Below the pieces are notes generated by a model. That model ran no database searches and was not told the DNA's origin. It worked only from the letters and a program-made list of their open reading frames with translations. A DNA stretch of 64,000 nucleotides from an uncultured Natronomonas sp. (GTDB lineage Archaea; Halobacteriota; Halobacteria; Halobacteriales; Haloarculaceae), in contig CAZOFL010000001.1 of the NCBI GenBank assembly GCA_964579035.1, positions 26,212 to 90,211 on the forward strand. The letters are read 5' to 3'. The translations under genes were made by a program, and so were the position numbers. Positions 21,837 to 31,559 of this stretch are shown here, one piece after another (position 1 is the stretch's first letter; the number at the start of each line of letters is the position of its first letter).

Positions 21837-22512
21837 CCGGCAGGACCTCCGTTCCGTCGGCATCGCCCGCGACCGCGGCCGCGATCCGTGCGGGCTTGGA
21901 GCCGTCCAACACGACGGCCCGGAGCCCCGATCGCTCGATGATCTTCGCGGCGAGGAGATCGACGGGCGCGTTCGATCCGGCGGCGGTCTCGATCGAGGAA
22001 ATAACGTCGACGAGCTTGCCGGCGCTCAGTCGGTCGTACCGCTCGGCGTTTGCGTTCTCCTCGGGGTCGGCGGAGAACACGCCGGGGACGCTCGTGGCGT
22101 AGACGAGTAGGTCCGCGCCGGCCATCTCGGCCAACAGCGCCGCGACGGCGTCGGTCGTGTGTCCCGGAATCGTCCCGCCCATCACGGCGACCTCACCGCG
22201 ACGGAGCGAGGCGCGAGCCTCCCCGTGGGACTCTGCCGGTTCGGGCGTCGCGGGGTGTTCGAGCGCGGCGATCAGAAGACGGGCGTTCAGCCGTGTTACG
22301 TCGATCCCGAGGGCATCGAGGTCGTACTCGCTCGCGCCGAGGCTCCGGGCGGTCCGAATGTAGCGGCGCGCGACCCCGCCCCCGCCCACGACGGCTGCGA
22401 CCTCGTGGCCGTCATCGACCAGCCCGTCGATCACGTCAGCGTGGGCGTCGACGCGGTCGGGGTCGAGATCGGGAGCGAGGACGCTCCCGCCGATAGAAAC
22501 GATAACTCTCAT
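21829..22512 (-). CDS. pyrH: UMP kinase
   Basis: VSIGGSVL, VVGGGGVAR, GHTTDAVAA, GVFSADP, PVDLLAAKII. Confidence 0.96.
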   Translation of the reverse strand: MRVIVSIGGSVLAPDLDPDRVDAHADVIDGLVDDGHEVAAVVGGGGVARRYIRTARSLGASEYDLDALGIDVTRLNARLLIAALEHPATPEPAESHGEARASLRRGEVAVMGGTIPGHTTDAVAALLAEMAGADLLVYATSVPGVFSADPEENANAERYDRLSAGKLVDVISSIETAAGSNAPVDLLAAKIIERSGLRAVVLDGSKPARIAAAVAGDADGTEVLPDE

Positions 22513-22592
22513 TGCCGTACGGTTACCCTGTTTTACTCTTAAGGGTTGTCAACCTCCGACACCTACAAGCCCACGGGCGCGAACGAACGGAC

Positions 22593-23378
22593 ATGTACAT
22601 TGTTTCGGTGTGTGGATCGGACGCCGAGCCGGCGGTCGCCAGACTCTCGAAGGCGGTCGACGGTCGGGTCGGAATCGTACGGCTCGAAACCGCCGCGGAC
22701 GGCGGTCGGACGCTTGCCCGCGCGGCGACCGAGTACGTCGTCGACGGCGGGTGGCGCGCGAGCGGCGAGGAACTCTCCGTCAGCGGCGCAGTCGACAGAC
22801 TGGCTCCCGACCACGACTACGGGTTCGTCCTCGGCGCGCCCGAGGCGCGACTGCCCACGGCCGTCGTCGGCGGGACGACCGCGACCGTCGAGGACGCGCT
22901 CGTTTCGGTCGACGGCGTCGATTCCCTCGATACCGAGGCAACCGTCGACGCGATCGAGGACACCGAACCGTACGAGACCCTCGAGTCGCTTGTTGCGGCG
23001 GTAAAACGCTCCGAGAAAGCGCCGTACTCGGGGGCGATCGCGACGTTCACGGGCCGCGTTCGAGCGAAGGACGGCGAGGACGACGATCGGACGCAGTATC
23101 TGGAGTTCGAGAAGTACGAGGGGGTCGCCGAACGCCGAATGGAGTCCATCGAGACGGAACTCGAGGAGCGCGAGGGAATCCTCGACGTTCGGCTCCACCA
23201 CCGGACCGGCCGGATCCCCGACGGGGAGGACATCGTCTTCGTCGTCGTCCTCGCGGGCCACCGCGAGGAGGCGTTTCGAACGGTCCGCGACGGAATCAAC
23301 CGACTCAAGGACGAAGTGCCCCTATTTAAAAAAGAAGTAACCGGCGAGGAGACGTTTTGGGTCCACCAACGCGAGTGA
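22593..23378 (+). CDS. moaE: Molybdopterin synthase large subunit with degenerate MobB-like N-terminal domain
   Basis: GAIATFTGRVR, LEFEKY, HHRTG, AGHREEAF, RLKDEVPLFKKE. Confidence 0.92.
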   Translation: MYIVSVCGSDAEPAVARLSKAVDGRVGIVRLETAADGGRTLARAATEYVVDGGWRASGEELSVSGAVDRLAPDHDYGFVLGAPEARLPTAVVGGTTATVEDALVSVDGVDSLDTEATVDAIEDTEPYETLESLVAAVKRSEKAPYSGAIATFTGRVRAKDGEDDDRTQYLEFEKYEGVAERRMESIETELEEREGILDVRLHHRTGRIPDGEDIVFVVVLAGHREEAFRTVRDGINRLKDEVPLFKKEVTGEETFWVHQRE

Positions 23379-23439
23379 GGCGGGTTTCGACCCACGTCCC
23401 GTCGGGTCCGATCGTCGCCCGAACCGTCTTCAAGCGGCC

Positions 23440-23675
23440 GATTTTGCTCCATAATGAATTTGTTCCAATAAATCCAACGTGATATTTATGCCTATAATTC
23501 GTAGCAAAATTAATGAAACAAAACGTCAAAAAAGATAATAAAACGTCCGAAGCGATTTGAAAAGAGGGTAAAAAGTTCGACTACTCACGATTTGTTCCGA
23601 ATCGAGCCGAAGGCATCCGAAGCTTCGCCCCTTTATATACTGATTCGGGAAGTAGGAAGGAATGAGGTGTCAGAT
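23440..23675 (+). promoter_or_regulatory. AT-rich regulatory region with TATA box (TTTATATA 23632-23639) and SD-like GAGGTG (23664-23669)
   Basis: Visibly AT-rich against the GC-rich background; AAAACGTC repeated at 23520 and 23540. Confidence 0.6.
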
Positions 23676-23915
23676 ATGAGCGCCACGACGGAACCCTCGA
23701 CGGAGAGCAAAGAACGACGACTTCGCCGGTATCTCAGCCAGCGCGCCGAGGACGGCGAAGTGTACATAAAGAGCAAGTTCATCGCCGACGACGTGGAGCT
23801 CTCGCCGAAGGAGATCGGCGCCCTCATGGTGAAACTCCGGGACTCCGCCACGGATCTCGAGATCGAGAAGTGGTCGTACACCTCCGCGACCACCTGGCGG
23901 GTCACGCACGGATAG
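23676..23915 (+). CDS. Small conserved haloarchaeal HTH-like protein (DUF7123-like, from memory)
   Basis: YIKSKFIADDVELSPKEIGALMVKL...IEKWSYTSATTWRV. Confidence 0.85.
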   Translation: MSATTEPSTESKERRLRRYLSQRAEDGEVYIKSKFIADDVELSPKEIGALMVKLRDSATDLEIEKWSYTSATTWRVTHG

Positions 23916-24053
23916 CTCGCGGCGGCCCCCGAGACACACGAACGCCTGACACCGGTCCGCCCGACCGGTCCCCACCACTTATAAACCTCCTACTGCCGGC
24001 AGCGTCGGTTGCTGGCAAGGGATTTATTTCCGACAGACGCCTCTGCTCGGACG

Positions 24054-25226
24054 ATGGAACCCTCCAGTCGGCCGTCGGATCACGCCGGGCCGCCGCCCGA
24101 ATCGTTGCGCCCGGCGTTCCTGACGACCGACATCGATGTCAAAGAGGACGGTCGAGTCATCTACTACGGTCAGCCCCGGACTGACACCCGGCGGCTCGAA
24201 CAGCAGGTGTGGCCGCTGTTTCGCGACCACGGCTACGAGGTCCGTCTGGACACAGTCACCGACAGCGAAGCCGACCCGATCACCGGCGTCGAGGTCGGCG
24301 AACGGCGGCGTGCGCTCGTCGCCGAACCCCACCGGATCGGGGTCGACGGGGTCCCGTGGACGAATCTCGTGATGCTCGTCGCGACCGTGCTCACGACGCT
24401 TTATGCCGGGACGATCTGGTACTACCAGCCCGTCGAGGGCCCGCTCGATCTCCTCGCCGGCTGGCCCTTCGCCGTCGCGGTGCTCGGCGTGCTCGCGGTC
24501 CACGAACTGGGCCACTACGCGCTCTCGCGGTACCATGGGGTTCAGGCGAGTCTCCCCTACTTCATCCCCGTCCCCAGCTTCATCGGGACGTTCGGCGCGG
24601 TGATCTCGATGCGGGGGCGCATCCCGAACCGGAAGGCGCTGTTCGACATCGGCGTTTCGGGGCCGCTCGCCGGCCTCGTCGCCGCGGTCTGTGTCGCGGT
24701 GATCGGCCTCCATCTGGATCCGATCCGGGTCCCGGAGTACGTCCTCGAAAGCGACGCCTCGATCCAACTGGAACTCGGCTACCCGCCCCTACTCGAGTTT
24801 CTCGCGTGGGCGACGGGCGGTCAACTGACGTATGAGGACCCACGCCTCGTCGCCAATCCGGTCATCTTCGGGGCGTGGGTCGGGCTGTTCGTGACGTTTC
24901 TCAACCTCATCCCCGTCGGCCAACTCGACGGGGGCCACGTCATCCGGTCGATGGTCGGCGAGCGGGCCGAGACGATCGCCTCGCTCGTTCCCGGCGTGCT
25001 GTTCGGGCTGGCGGCGTATCTGGCCTTCTTTACCGACGTGAGCTACAACGCACCGGTGCTGTGGGGGTTTTGGGGGCTCATCGCGCTGCTTTTGGCGTAC
25101 GTCGGCCTCGTCACGCCGGTGTTCGACGAGCCGCTGGATCCGGCCCGAATGGCGCTCGGCGTCGTGACCTTCGCCCTCGGAATCCTCTGTTTCACGCCGG
25201 TCCCCATCGAACTCATCGGCGCGTGA
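24054..25226 (+). CDS. Site-2 protease (M50 family)
   Basis: VHELGH, PYFIP, GTFGAVI, FDIGVSGPLAG, LNLIPVGQLDGGH. Confidence 0.93.
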   Translation: MEPSSRPSDHAGPPPESLRPAFLTTDIDVKEDGRVIYYGQPRTDTRRLEQQVWPLFRDHGYEVRLDTVTDSEADPITGVEVGERRRALVAEPHRIGVDGVPWTNLVMLVATVLTTLYAGTIWYYQPVEGPLDLLAGWPFAVAVLGVLAVHELGHYALSRYHGVQASLPYFIPVPSFIGTFGAVISMRGRIPNRKALFDIGVSGPLAGLVAAVCVAVIGLHLDPIRVPEYVLESDASIQLELGYPPLLEFLAWATGGQLTYEDPRLVANPVIFGAWVGLFVTFLNLIPVGQLDGGHVIRSMVGERAETIASLVPGVLFGLAAYLAFFTDVSYNAPVLWGFWGLIALLLAYVGLVTPVFDEPLDPARMALGVVTFALGILCFTPVPIELIGA

Positions 25227-26105
25227 TCACTCGGATCCGTGGGTGAACCCCCGGTCGGGGAGGGCCGTACCGTCCATCCGAACACCGCCGTCGGTGACGG
25301 TGCCGATCCGGGTAATCCCGACCGGACTCGCCTCGACCGCATCGGCGAGACCGTCCTCCGGGACCGTCCAAACGAGTTCGAAGTCCTCGCCGAAGTGGAC
25401 CCCCATCTCGCGTTGCTCGTCGGCCGAGTCGGCGACGGCCTCGACGGCCGGATCGACCGGCACGTCGGCGTAGGAGACGGCGAACCCGCAGTCGCTCGCT
25501 TCCGCGAGCTGATGTAGCGACCGTGCCAACCCGTCGCTCGAATCCATCATCGCGTTCGCGTACGGCGCAAGCGCCCGGCCGGCGGCGACCCGGGGCTCGA
25601 ACCGGAAGAGCTCGTTTCCGCGCTCGGCCCGCCCGTCTTCGAAGTGCCGAAGGGCGGCCCCGCTCCGGCCGAACGTCCCCGTCACGCAGACGGCGTCACC
25701 GGGCGTCGCCCCGGAGCGATACACCGGATCGTCGCTCCGTCCGAGCGCGGTCGTCGAGACGGTGAACTCGTCGTGGCTATCGAGGTCACCGCCGACGTAC
25801 TCGGCGTCGACGGCGTCACAGACGTCGAGACACCCCGAGAGAAACGCCTCGAGGTCGGCCGTCTCGAACGACGGCGCGCCGTACACCGCAAGCGCCGCAG
25901 TCGCGTCGGCGCCCATCGCCGCCACGTCCGACAGCGACGCGCCGACGGCCCGCCACCCGGCGGTGTATCGGGTCGTTCCCTCCGGAAAGTCGCTCCGCTG
26001 GTGGAGCATATCGGTGGTCGCGGCGAGGTCGCCGACCATAGCGCAGTCGTCGCCGGCCGCGGGAACCGATTTCCCCACGAGCGACAGCGCTGTCCGTTCG
26101 TCCAT
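25227..26105 (-). CDS. thiL: Thiamine-monophosphate kinase
   Basis: GDDCA, TTDML, SLSDVAAMGA, YVGGD, MDSSDGL, GEDFELV. Confidence 0.95.
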   Translation of the reverse strand: MDERTALSLVGKSVPAAGDDCAMVGDLAATTDMLHQRSDFPEGTTRYTAGWRAVGASLSDVAAMGADATAALAVYGAPSFETADLEAFLSGCLDVCDAVDAEYVGGDLDSHDEFTVSTTALGRSDDPVYRSGATPGDAVCVTGTFGRSGAALRHFEDGRAERGNELFRFEPRVAAGRALAPYANAMMDSSDGLARSLHQLAEASDCGFAVSYADVPVDPAVEAVADSADEQREMGVHFGEDFELVWTVPEDGLADAVEASPVGITRIGTVTDGGVRMDGTALPDRGFTHGSE

Positions 26106-26226
26106 GCGAACGGATCGTCGGCCGGACGCAAATCCCCATCGGTGCCGACGCGGGAGTCCGGGACCTCGCCACGCGAGGAACCGAATATCAACAGCGTTAA
26201 ACGCGCCCGACGGGAACCGAAAGCCA

Positions 26227-26682
26227 ATGACGACGTTCTACGACGTACCCGCCGAAAACCTCATCGAGGCGGTCGCCGAGAAGCTCGAATCCGACCTCGA
26301 GGAGCCCGAGTGGCTCGCGTACACGAAAACCGGAACCGGTCGCGAACTCCCGCCGGAACAGGACGACTTCTGGAGCCGCCGTGCGGCCAGCCTGCTCCGG
26401 AAAGTCGCGGTCGACGGCCCGGTCGGCGTCGAGCGGCTCAGAAACGCCTACGGCGATTCCGCGAACGGCACGACGCGCTACCGCGTACGCCCGAGCCACA
26501 AACAGAAAGGCTCCGGCAACGTCGTCCGGACCGCGCTCCAGCAACTCGAGGACGCGGGCTACGTCGATACCTCCGAAAAGCGGGGTCGAACCGTCAGCGG
26601 CGAGGGTCGAGCGCTCCTCGACGACACGGCGGCCGAACTCATCGAGGAACTCGACCGACCGGAACTCGAACGCTACGCCTGA
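26227..26682 (+). CDS. rps19e: 30S ribosomal protein S19e
   Basis: YDVPA, KTGTGRELPP, FWSRRAASLLRKV, GSGNVVRTALQQLE. Confidence 0.97.
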   Translation: MTTFYDVPAENLIEAVAEKLESDLEEPEWLAYTKTGTGRELPPEQDDFWSRRAASLLRKVAVDGPVGVERLRNAYGDSANGTTRYRVRPSHKQKGSGNVVRTALQQLEDAGYVDTSEKRGRTVSGEGRALLDDTAAELIEELDRPELERYA

Positions 26683-26804
26683 TCCCGTCGTCCGTCGGCG
26701 CCGCTCGCATTCGGTCGTCCTCCGTTGTGACACGCCGTCGCCCGCGCGCCCCCACCGCCCCGACACCACAAGCGTTCTAACCGCACAGTGACACACTCAG
26801 GGCG

Positions 26805-28538
26805 ATGACTCTCCGCGATCGGACCGTCGGGGCCGTCGCCGGTCTGACGCTTCTGTCCCTCGCGTTGCGCCTGATCGATCTCGGGGGTCGAACCGCACAC
26901 TGGGACGAGGGCCGGGTCGCCTACTGGATCCTCGAGTACGGGGCGACCGGGACGCTGTTTTACCGCCCGATCATCCACGGGCCGCTGTTGAAACTCCTCA
27001 ACGCGCCGCTTTTCGATGTGCTCGGCGCGACCGACCTCGCGATGCGGCTGGTGCCGGCGCTCGTCGGCGGGCTGTTACCGCTCGTCGCGCTCGCGTTCCG
27101 GCACCGCCTGCGCGACGCCGCCGTCGTCGCCCTCGCCGCCCTGCTCGCGTTTGACCCCGTGCTCCTGTACTACTCGCGGTTCATGCGCAACGACATCCTG
27201 ACCGCCGCCTTCTGTTTCGTCGCCTTCGCCGCCGCCGTCCGGGCGATCGACTTCGACGACGGCCGGTATCTCCCGGTCGCCGCCCTCGCGTTGGCGCTCG
27301 GGTTCGGGGCCAAGGAGAACGCCGTGGCGTACGTGTTCGCCTTCGTCGGCGCGGCGGGGTTGTTGGCGGGGCATCGGCTCGCTCTCGCACGCTATGAGGG
27401 CCGCTCGCCGCTGGCGGCGTCGAAACGGCTGCTCCAGTGGGGGTACACCGGAACACGCCGCCATACCCGGGCCCTCGCCGGAAGCGTCGCCGCGTTCGTC
27501 GCCGCGATCGTGTGGATATACGCGCCACGGGGGATCGTCCCTTCCGAGGGGACGTACTACAGCTCCTGTGGCGGCTACGATCCGATCGTCGGCATCGAGG
27601 CAGCTCCGACACTCGGTGAGGCGCTCGCGAATCCGCTTTTTTTGCCGCGTCTCACGTACTTCACCGTCGGCTCGACGGCCGAACTGTACGCCTGCCAGTG
27701 GATCACGCCCCGAACCGACGACCCGAACCCCTACGTCGAGTTCTTCGTGAACATGGCTGCGATAACCGGGGAAGCATCCGCGGCGCTCGTGGGCCTCGCC
27801 GTCGTCGGCTTCGGGCTCACGCTGTATCGCCCCGGCCTCCCCGATGACCTGGTCTCGTTCTCGTTTTATTGGGGGGCCGCCTCGCTCGTCGGCTACCCGT
27901 TCATCACCGACATCGGGGGGGCGGCGTGGCTCGCCGTCCACATCGTCTTGCCGCTGTCGATCCCGGCCGCCGCCGGTGCCGCAGCGCTCTATGGGCTGGC
28001 CCGCGGCGCGTGGGTCGACGGCGACACGGTGGGCCTCGCCCTCTCGGTCGGCCTCGCCGCTCTGCTCGTCGGCTCCGTCCTCTGGACGGGCTACGCGACG
28101 AGCTTCGCCCAGCCGACGGCCGACGACAACCCTCTCGTCCAGTACGCCCAGCCCTCGGGCGAACTCACGGCGACGCTCGTCGACGTCCGCACGCTCGCGG
28201 ACGAAGGCGACGGGACGGACGTCGTCATCGCCGGCGAGGCGCTCTCGAACCCCACCGTCGCCGGGGAGGTGGATCGGCGGCCGAACTGTGCGGACTGGTT
28301 CGGAATCCTCCCGCTGCCGTGGTACTTCGAGGCCGGGGGGATCGCGAGCGACTGCGCGCCCGATGGGGCGTCCCTGGAGGATTCGCTCGAGGACGATCCG
28401 CCCGCGATCGTCGCCGCGGAGGCGGACGCCCCGCTCGTCGAAGACCGGATCGACGACCGCTACGACCGGCGGGTCCACAATATGCGGAGCACCGACACGC
28501 CGTTCGTCTACTACGTCGACGAATCCCGGCTTCGGTGA
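26805..28538 (+). CDS. TIGR03663-type membrane protein (GT-C/PMT-like; Agl23-like)
   Basis: LGGRTAHWDEGRVAYW, YRPIIHGP, LYYSRFMRND, KENA, NPLVQYAQP, LPLPWY. Confidence 0.85.
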   Translation: MTLRDRTVGAVAGLTLLSLALRLIDLGGRTAHWDEGRVAYWILEYGATGTLFYRPIIHGPLLKLLNAPLFDVLGATDLAMRLVPALVGGLLPLVALAFRHRLRDAAVVALAALLAFDPVLLYYSRFMRNDILTAAFCFVAFAAAVRAIDFDDGRYLPVAALALALGFGAKENAVAYVFAFVGAAGLLAGHRLALARYEGRSPLAASKRLLQWGYTGTRRHTRALAGSVAAFVAAIVWIYAPRGIVPSEGTYYSSCGGYDPIVGIEAAPTLGEALANPLFLPRLTYFTVGSTAELYACQWITPRTDDPNPYVEFFVNMAAITGEASAALVGLAVVGFGLTLYRPGLPDDLVSFSFYWGAASLVGYPFITDIGGAAWLAVHIVLPLSIPAAAGAAALYGLARGAWVDGDTVGLALSVGLAALLVGSVLWTGYATSFAQPTADDNPLVQYAQPSGELTATLVDVRTLADEGDGTDVVIAGEALSNPTVAGEVDRRPNCADWFGILPLPWYFEAGGIASDCAPDGASLEDSLEDDPPAIVAAEADAPLVEDRIDDRYDRRVHNMRSTDTPFVYYVDESRLR

Positions 28539-28589
28539 GAGCCACACCGAATGGTAACCTTCTCAACCGACGCGCCACGATCGGACGGT

Positions 28590-29735
28590 ATGAACCACCG
28601 CACTCCGGCCGCGACCGTCGGCGTCGTCGGCGGCGGGCAGTTGGGCCGCATGATGGGCGAGGCGGCCGGCCCCCTCGGCGTCGAGGTGCTCGTCTCCGAT
28701 CCGACGCCGGACTGTCCGGCTGCCCCCGTCGTCCGCGATCAGATCGTCGGCGGTTTCGACGACGCCGACGCGATCCGCGAACTCGCCGAACGCGCCGACG
28801 TGCTCACCTTCGAGATCGAACTCGCCGACCCCGACGCGATGGAACGGATCGGCGAGGAAACCGACACGCCCGTCCACCCCGATCCCGCGACGCTACGGAC
28901 GATCCAGGACAAACTCGTCCAGAACCGGACGCTCGCGGAGGGTGACATTCCGATCCCCACGTTCAGACCCGTCGACGACGTCGACGACCTCCGGGAGGCG
29001 GGCGAGGAACTGGGCTGGCCGCTCATGTTGAAGGCCCGCGAGGGCGGCTACGACGGGCGTGGCAACCGGCCCGTCGAGGGGCCCGACGCGGCGCCGGCGG
29101 CGCTCGCGGAGATCGGCGCCCCGGCGCTCACGGAGGAACTCGTCGACTTCGAGCGCGAAGTGGCGATCATGGGCGTGGTCGGCGACGGCCAGCGCCGCGC
29201 CTACCCCGTCACGGAGACGATCCACCGCGAGGAGATCCTCCGGGAGTCGGTCACGCCGGCCCGAAGCGACGACTCGGTCCGAACGCGGGCCCGCGAGGTC
29301 GCCTTCGACGTGTTGGAACTGCTGGAGGGGCGCGGCGTCTACGGGATCGAACTGTTCGAGACCCCCGAGGGCGGGATCCTCGTCAACGAGATCGCGCCCC
29401 GACCGCACAACTCCGGGCACTGGACGATCGAGGGCGCGGTCTGTTCGCAGTTCGAACAGCACCTCCGGGCCGTGTTGGGCTGGCCGCTCGGGGGGACCGA
29501 GGCCCGCTCGCCCGCGGTGACGGCGAACCTGCTCGGCGATGTCGATAGCACCCGACCGGCTGCACTCCGCGGGACGGACGCCGTTTTGAACGCCCCGAAG
29601 GCGTCGCTACACTGGTACGGCAAGCGCGAAGCCCGGCCGCTCCGGAAGATGGGTCACGTGACACTCGTCGACGGCGACACAGAGGAACTCCTTCCCCGGG
29701 CGCGTGAGTTGGTCGATTCGGCGTCGTTCCAGTAG
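28590..29735 (+). CDS. purK: N5-carboxyaminoimidazole ribonucleotide synthase
   Basis: VGGGQLGRMM, LTFEIE, QDKLVQ, GGYDGRG, NEIAPRPHNSGH, SQFEQH, WYGK, RKMGH. Confidence 0.97.
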   Translation: MNHRTPAATVGVVGGGQLGRMMGEAAGPLGVEVLVSDPTPDCPAAPVVRDQIVGGFDDADAIRELAERADVLTFEIELADPDAMERIGEETDTPVHPDPATLRTIQDKLVQNRTLAEGDIPIPTFRPVDDVDDLREAGEELGWPLMLKAREGGYDGRGNRPVEGPDAAPAALAEIGAPALTEELVDFEREVAIMGVVGDGQRRAYPVTETIHREEILRESVTPARSDDSVRTRAREVAFDVLELLEGRGVYGIELFETPEGGILVNEIAPRPHNSGHWTIEGAVCSQFEQHLRAVLGWPLGGTEARSPAVTANLLGDVDSTRPAALRGTDAVLNAPKASLHWYGKREARPLRKMGHVTLVDGDTEELLPRARELVDSASFQ

Positions 29736-29842
29736 CGGTCGATCCGGCCCAGTCGGGCAACGTCCGGCCCACCGGGGCGGTTCCGTCTCCCGGATCCCGG
29801 CGATCGATCGCGTTTTTACTGTCCGGACCGACAAACCGGTAG

Positions 29843-30448
29843 ATGGCTCGATCGACTGTGGATTCGCCGGCCCGTCGGTCGCTGCTCGCGGCGCTGGCTG
29901 CCGGTTCGACCGGGACGTTGGCCGGCTGTCTCGGGCGCGACGGCGGCGACGAGGGTACCGCCGGCGGGGACGACTCCGGCCCACCGTCGTTCCCCGACCA
30001 CCCGATCGACGAACCGCGCGAGCCGCCCGAGGGCCGCCGGTGTGACGGCCCCTGTGGGATGGAGCCGGCAGCGTACCCCGACTCGAACGCACAGATCGCC
30101 CACGCCGAGGGCGAGGGCGTGTTCTTCGACAGTGTCGGCTGTCTCGTCTCCTACTTCCAGGACCCGACGTTCTACGGTGGCCCCGAGACGGCGATCGAAA
30201 CCGTCTGGGTCCGGGATTTCGGGACGACGGAGTTGCTCGACGCGACCGAGGCGACGTTCGTCCTCGATTACAGCGAGGAGCGCCACGAGGAGGTGATGGC
30301 ACACAACCCGAAGCCGTTCGCCGATCGGGCCGACGCCGTCGAGTACGTCGACTCCTACGACGACCTCGGGGACGACGATCTCGTCGGCCTGGACGGGTTC
30401 GGCGCCGAACAGGCCCACCGGTACCGCGATTACCCGATCGAGGACTGA
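29843..30448 (+). CDS. NosL-family lipoprotein (Tat signal plus lipobox)
   Basis: ARRSLL...LAGC; CDGPCGM; FFDSVGCL; VWVRDF. Confidence 0.82.
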   Translation: MARSTVDSPARRSLLAALAAGSTGTLAGCLGRDGGDEGTAGGDDSGPPSFPDHPIDEPREPPEGRRCDGPCGMEPAAYPDSNAQIAHAEGEGVFFDSVGCLVSYFQDPTFYGGPETAIETVWVRDFGTTELLDATEATFVLDYSEERHEEVMAHNPKPFADRADAVEYVDSYDDLGDDDLVGLDGFGAEQAHRYRDYPIED

Positions 30449-30486
30449 CCCCGAGCCACGCTGTCGGCCGATTCCGGCCGCCGTTT

Positions 30487-31443
30487 TCAGCTCGCCCCGC
30501 CCTCCCGGCGGAACTCGATCAACTCCCGGAGGCCGTCCTCGAGGCCGACGGCCGGCCGAAAGCCGAGTTCGCTTCGGATCCGATCGATGTCGGCCCGACT
30601 CTCCGAAATATCGCCGGGACGTGCGGGTTCGTGGACGACCTCGGAGTCCGAGTCGGCGACCTCGCGGACCGTCTCTGCGAGTTCGAGCACCGACGTTTCG
30701 GTTCCGGTGCCGACGTTGAACGCCCGCCCGGCGGCGTCGCTCGTCGCGGCCGCGAGGTTCGCGGCGACGATATCCGAGACGTGGACGAAATCGCGGGTCT
30801 GGGTCCCGTCGCCGTGGATCGTGATCGGATCGCCGGCGAGCGCCTGGTTCACGAAGACGCTTATCACCCCGCCGTAGGGCCCGGCGCCTTGCCGCCTGCC
30901 GTACGCGTTGAAATACCGGAGCGCGACGGTGTCGAGCCCGTAGAGGTCGTGATACAGCCGCGCGTAGTGGTCGAGCGCGAGCTTGTCGAGGCCGTACGGC
31001 GAAGAGGGCGTCTTCGGCTCCGTCTCGGAGACGGGAAGCGACTCCGGATCACCGTAAACGGCGGTGCTCGAGGCGAGTACGGCTCGGGCGTCGTTCCGCC
31101 TGGCGGCCTCGAGGATCGAAAGCGTCGCGTCGAGGTTCGTCTCGTGGCTCTCGATCGGCTTCTCGACGCTCTCCGTGACGCTGACGAGGGCGGCCTCGTG
31201 AAAGACGGTGTCGACGCCGTCCATCGCGCGCTCGATCGTCGACTCGTCCCGGATATCGCCCTCGATCAACTCGGCGTCGACCGGAACGTACCCGCGGTGG
31301 CCGTTCGAGAGGTCGTCCAGCACCGTCACGTCACAGTCCGTCGCGAGCGCCTCCGCGAGGTGGCTTCCGATAAATCCCGCACCGCCGGTGACGAGTACGG
31401 ATGATCCACGGAGCCCATCGAGCTCCGATCGGTGGTTGCGCAT
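30487..31443 (-). CDS. NAD-dependent epimerase/dehydratase (GalE-like extended SDR)
   Basis: [44 protein letters not shown]. Confidence 0.93.
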   Translation of the reverse strand: MRNHRSELDGLRGSSVLVTGGAGFIGSHLAEALATDCDVTVLDDLSNGHRGYVPVDAELIEGDIRDESTIERAMDGVDTVFHEAALVSVTESVEKPIESHETNLDATLSILEAARRNDARAVLASSTAVYGDPESLPVSETEPKTPSSPYGLDKLALDHYARLYHDLYGLDTVALRYFNAYGRRQGAGPYGGVISVFVNQALAGDPITIHGDGTQTRDFVHVSDIVAANLAAATSDAAGRAFNVGTGTETSVLELAETVREVADSDSEVVHEPARPGDISESRADIDRIRSELGFRPAVGLEDGLRELIEFRREGGAS

Positions 31444-31559
31444 ACGCCCTCGGTTCCCCCGCGACGTATTTAAATACTCCATCGTTAAATCGCCGTCTGT
31501 CCGGGTCCGGACTGCAGGCGGCCGGAGGATATTTGACCGTCGCACGCCCGAATACCGGT

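Noticed and set aside
23440-23640. AT-rich tract as a replication origin (DUE)
   Set aside because: No ORB repeats with G-strings and no adjacent orc1/cdc6 gene; better explained as a promoter region.
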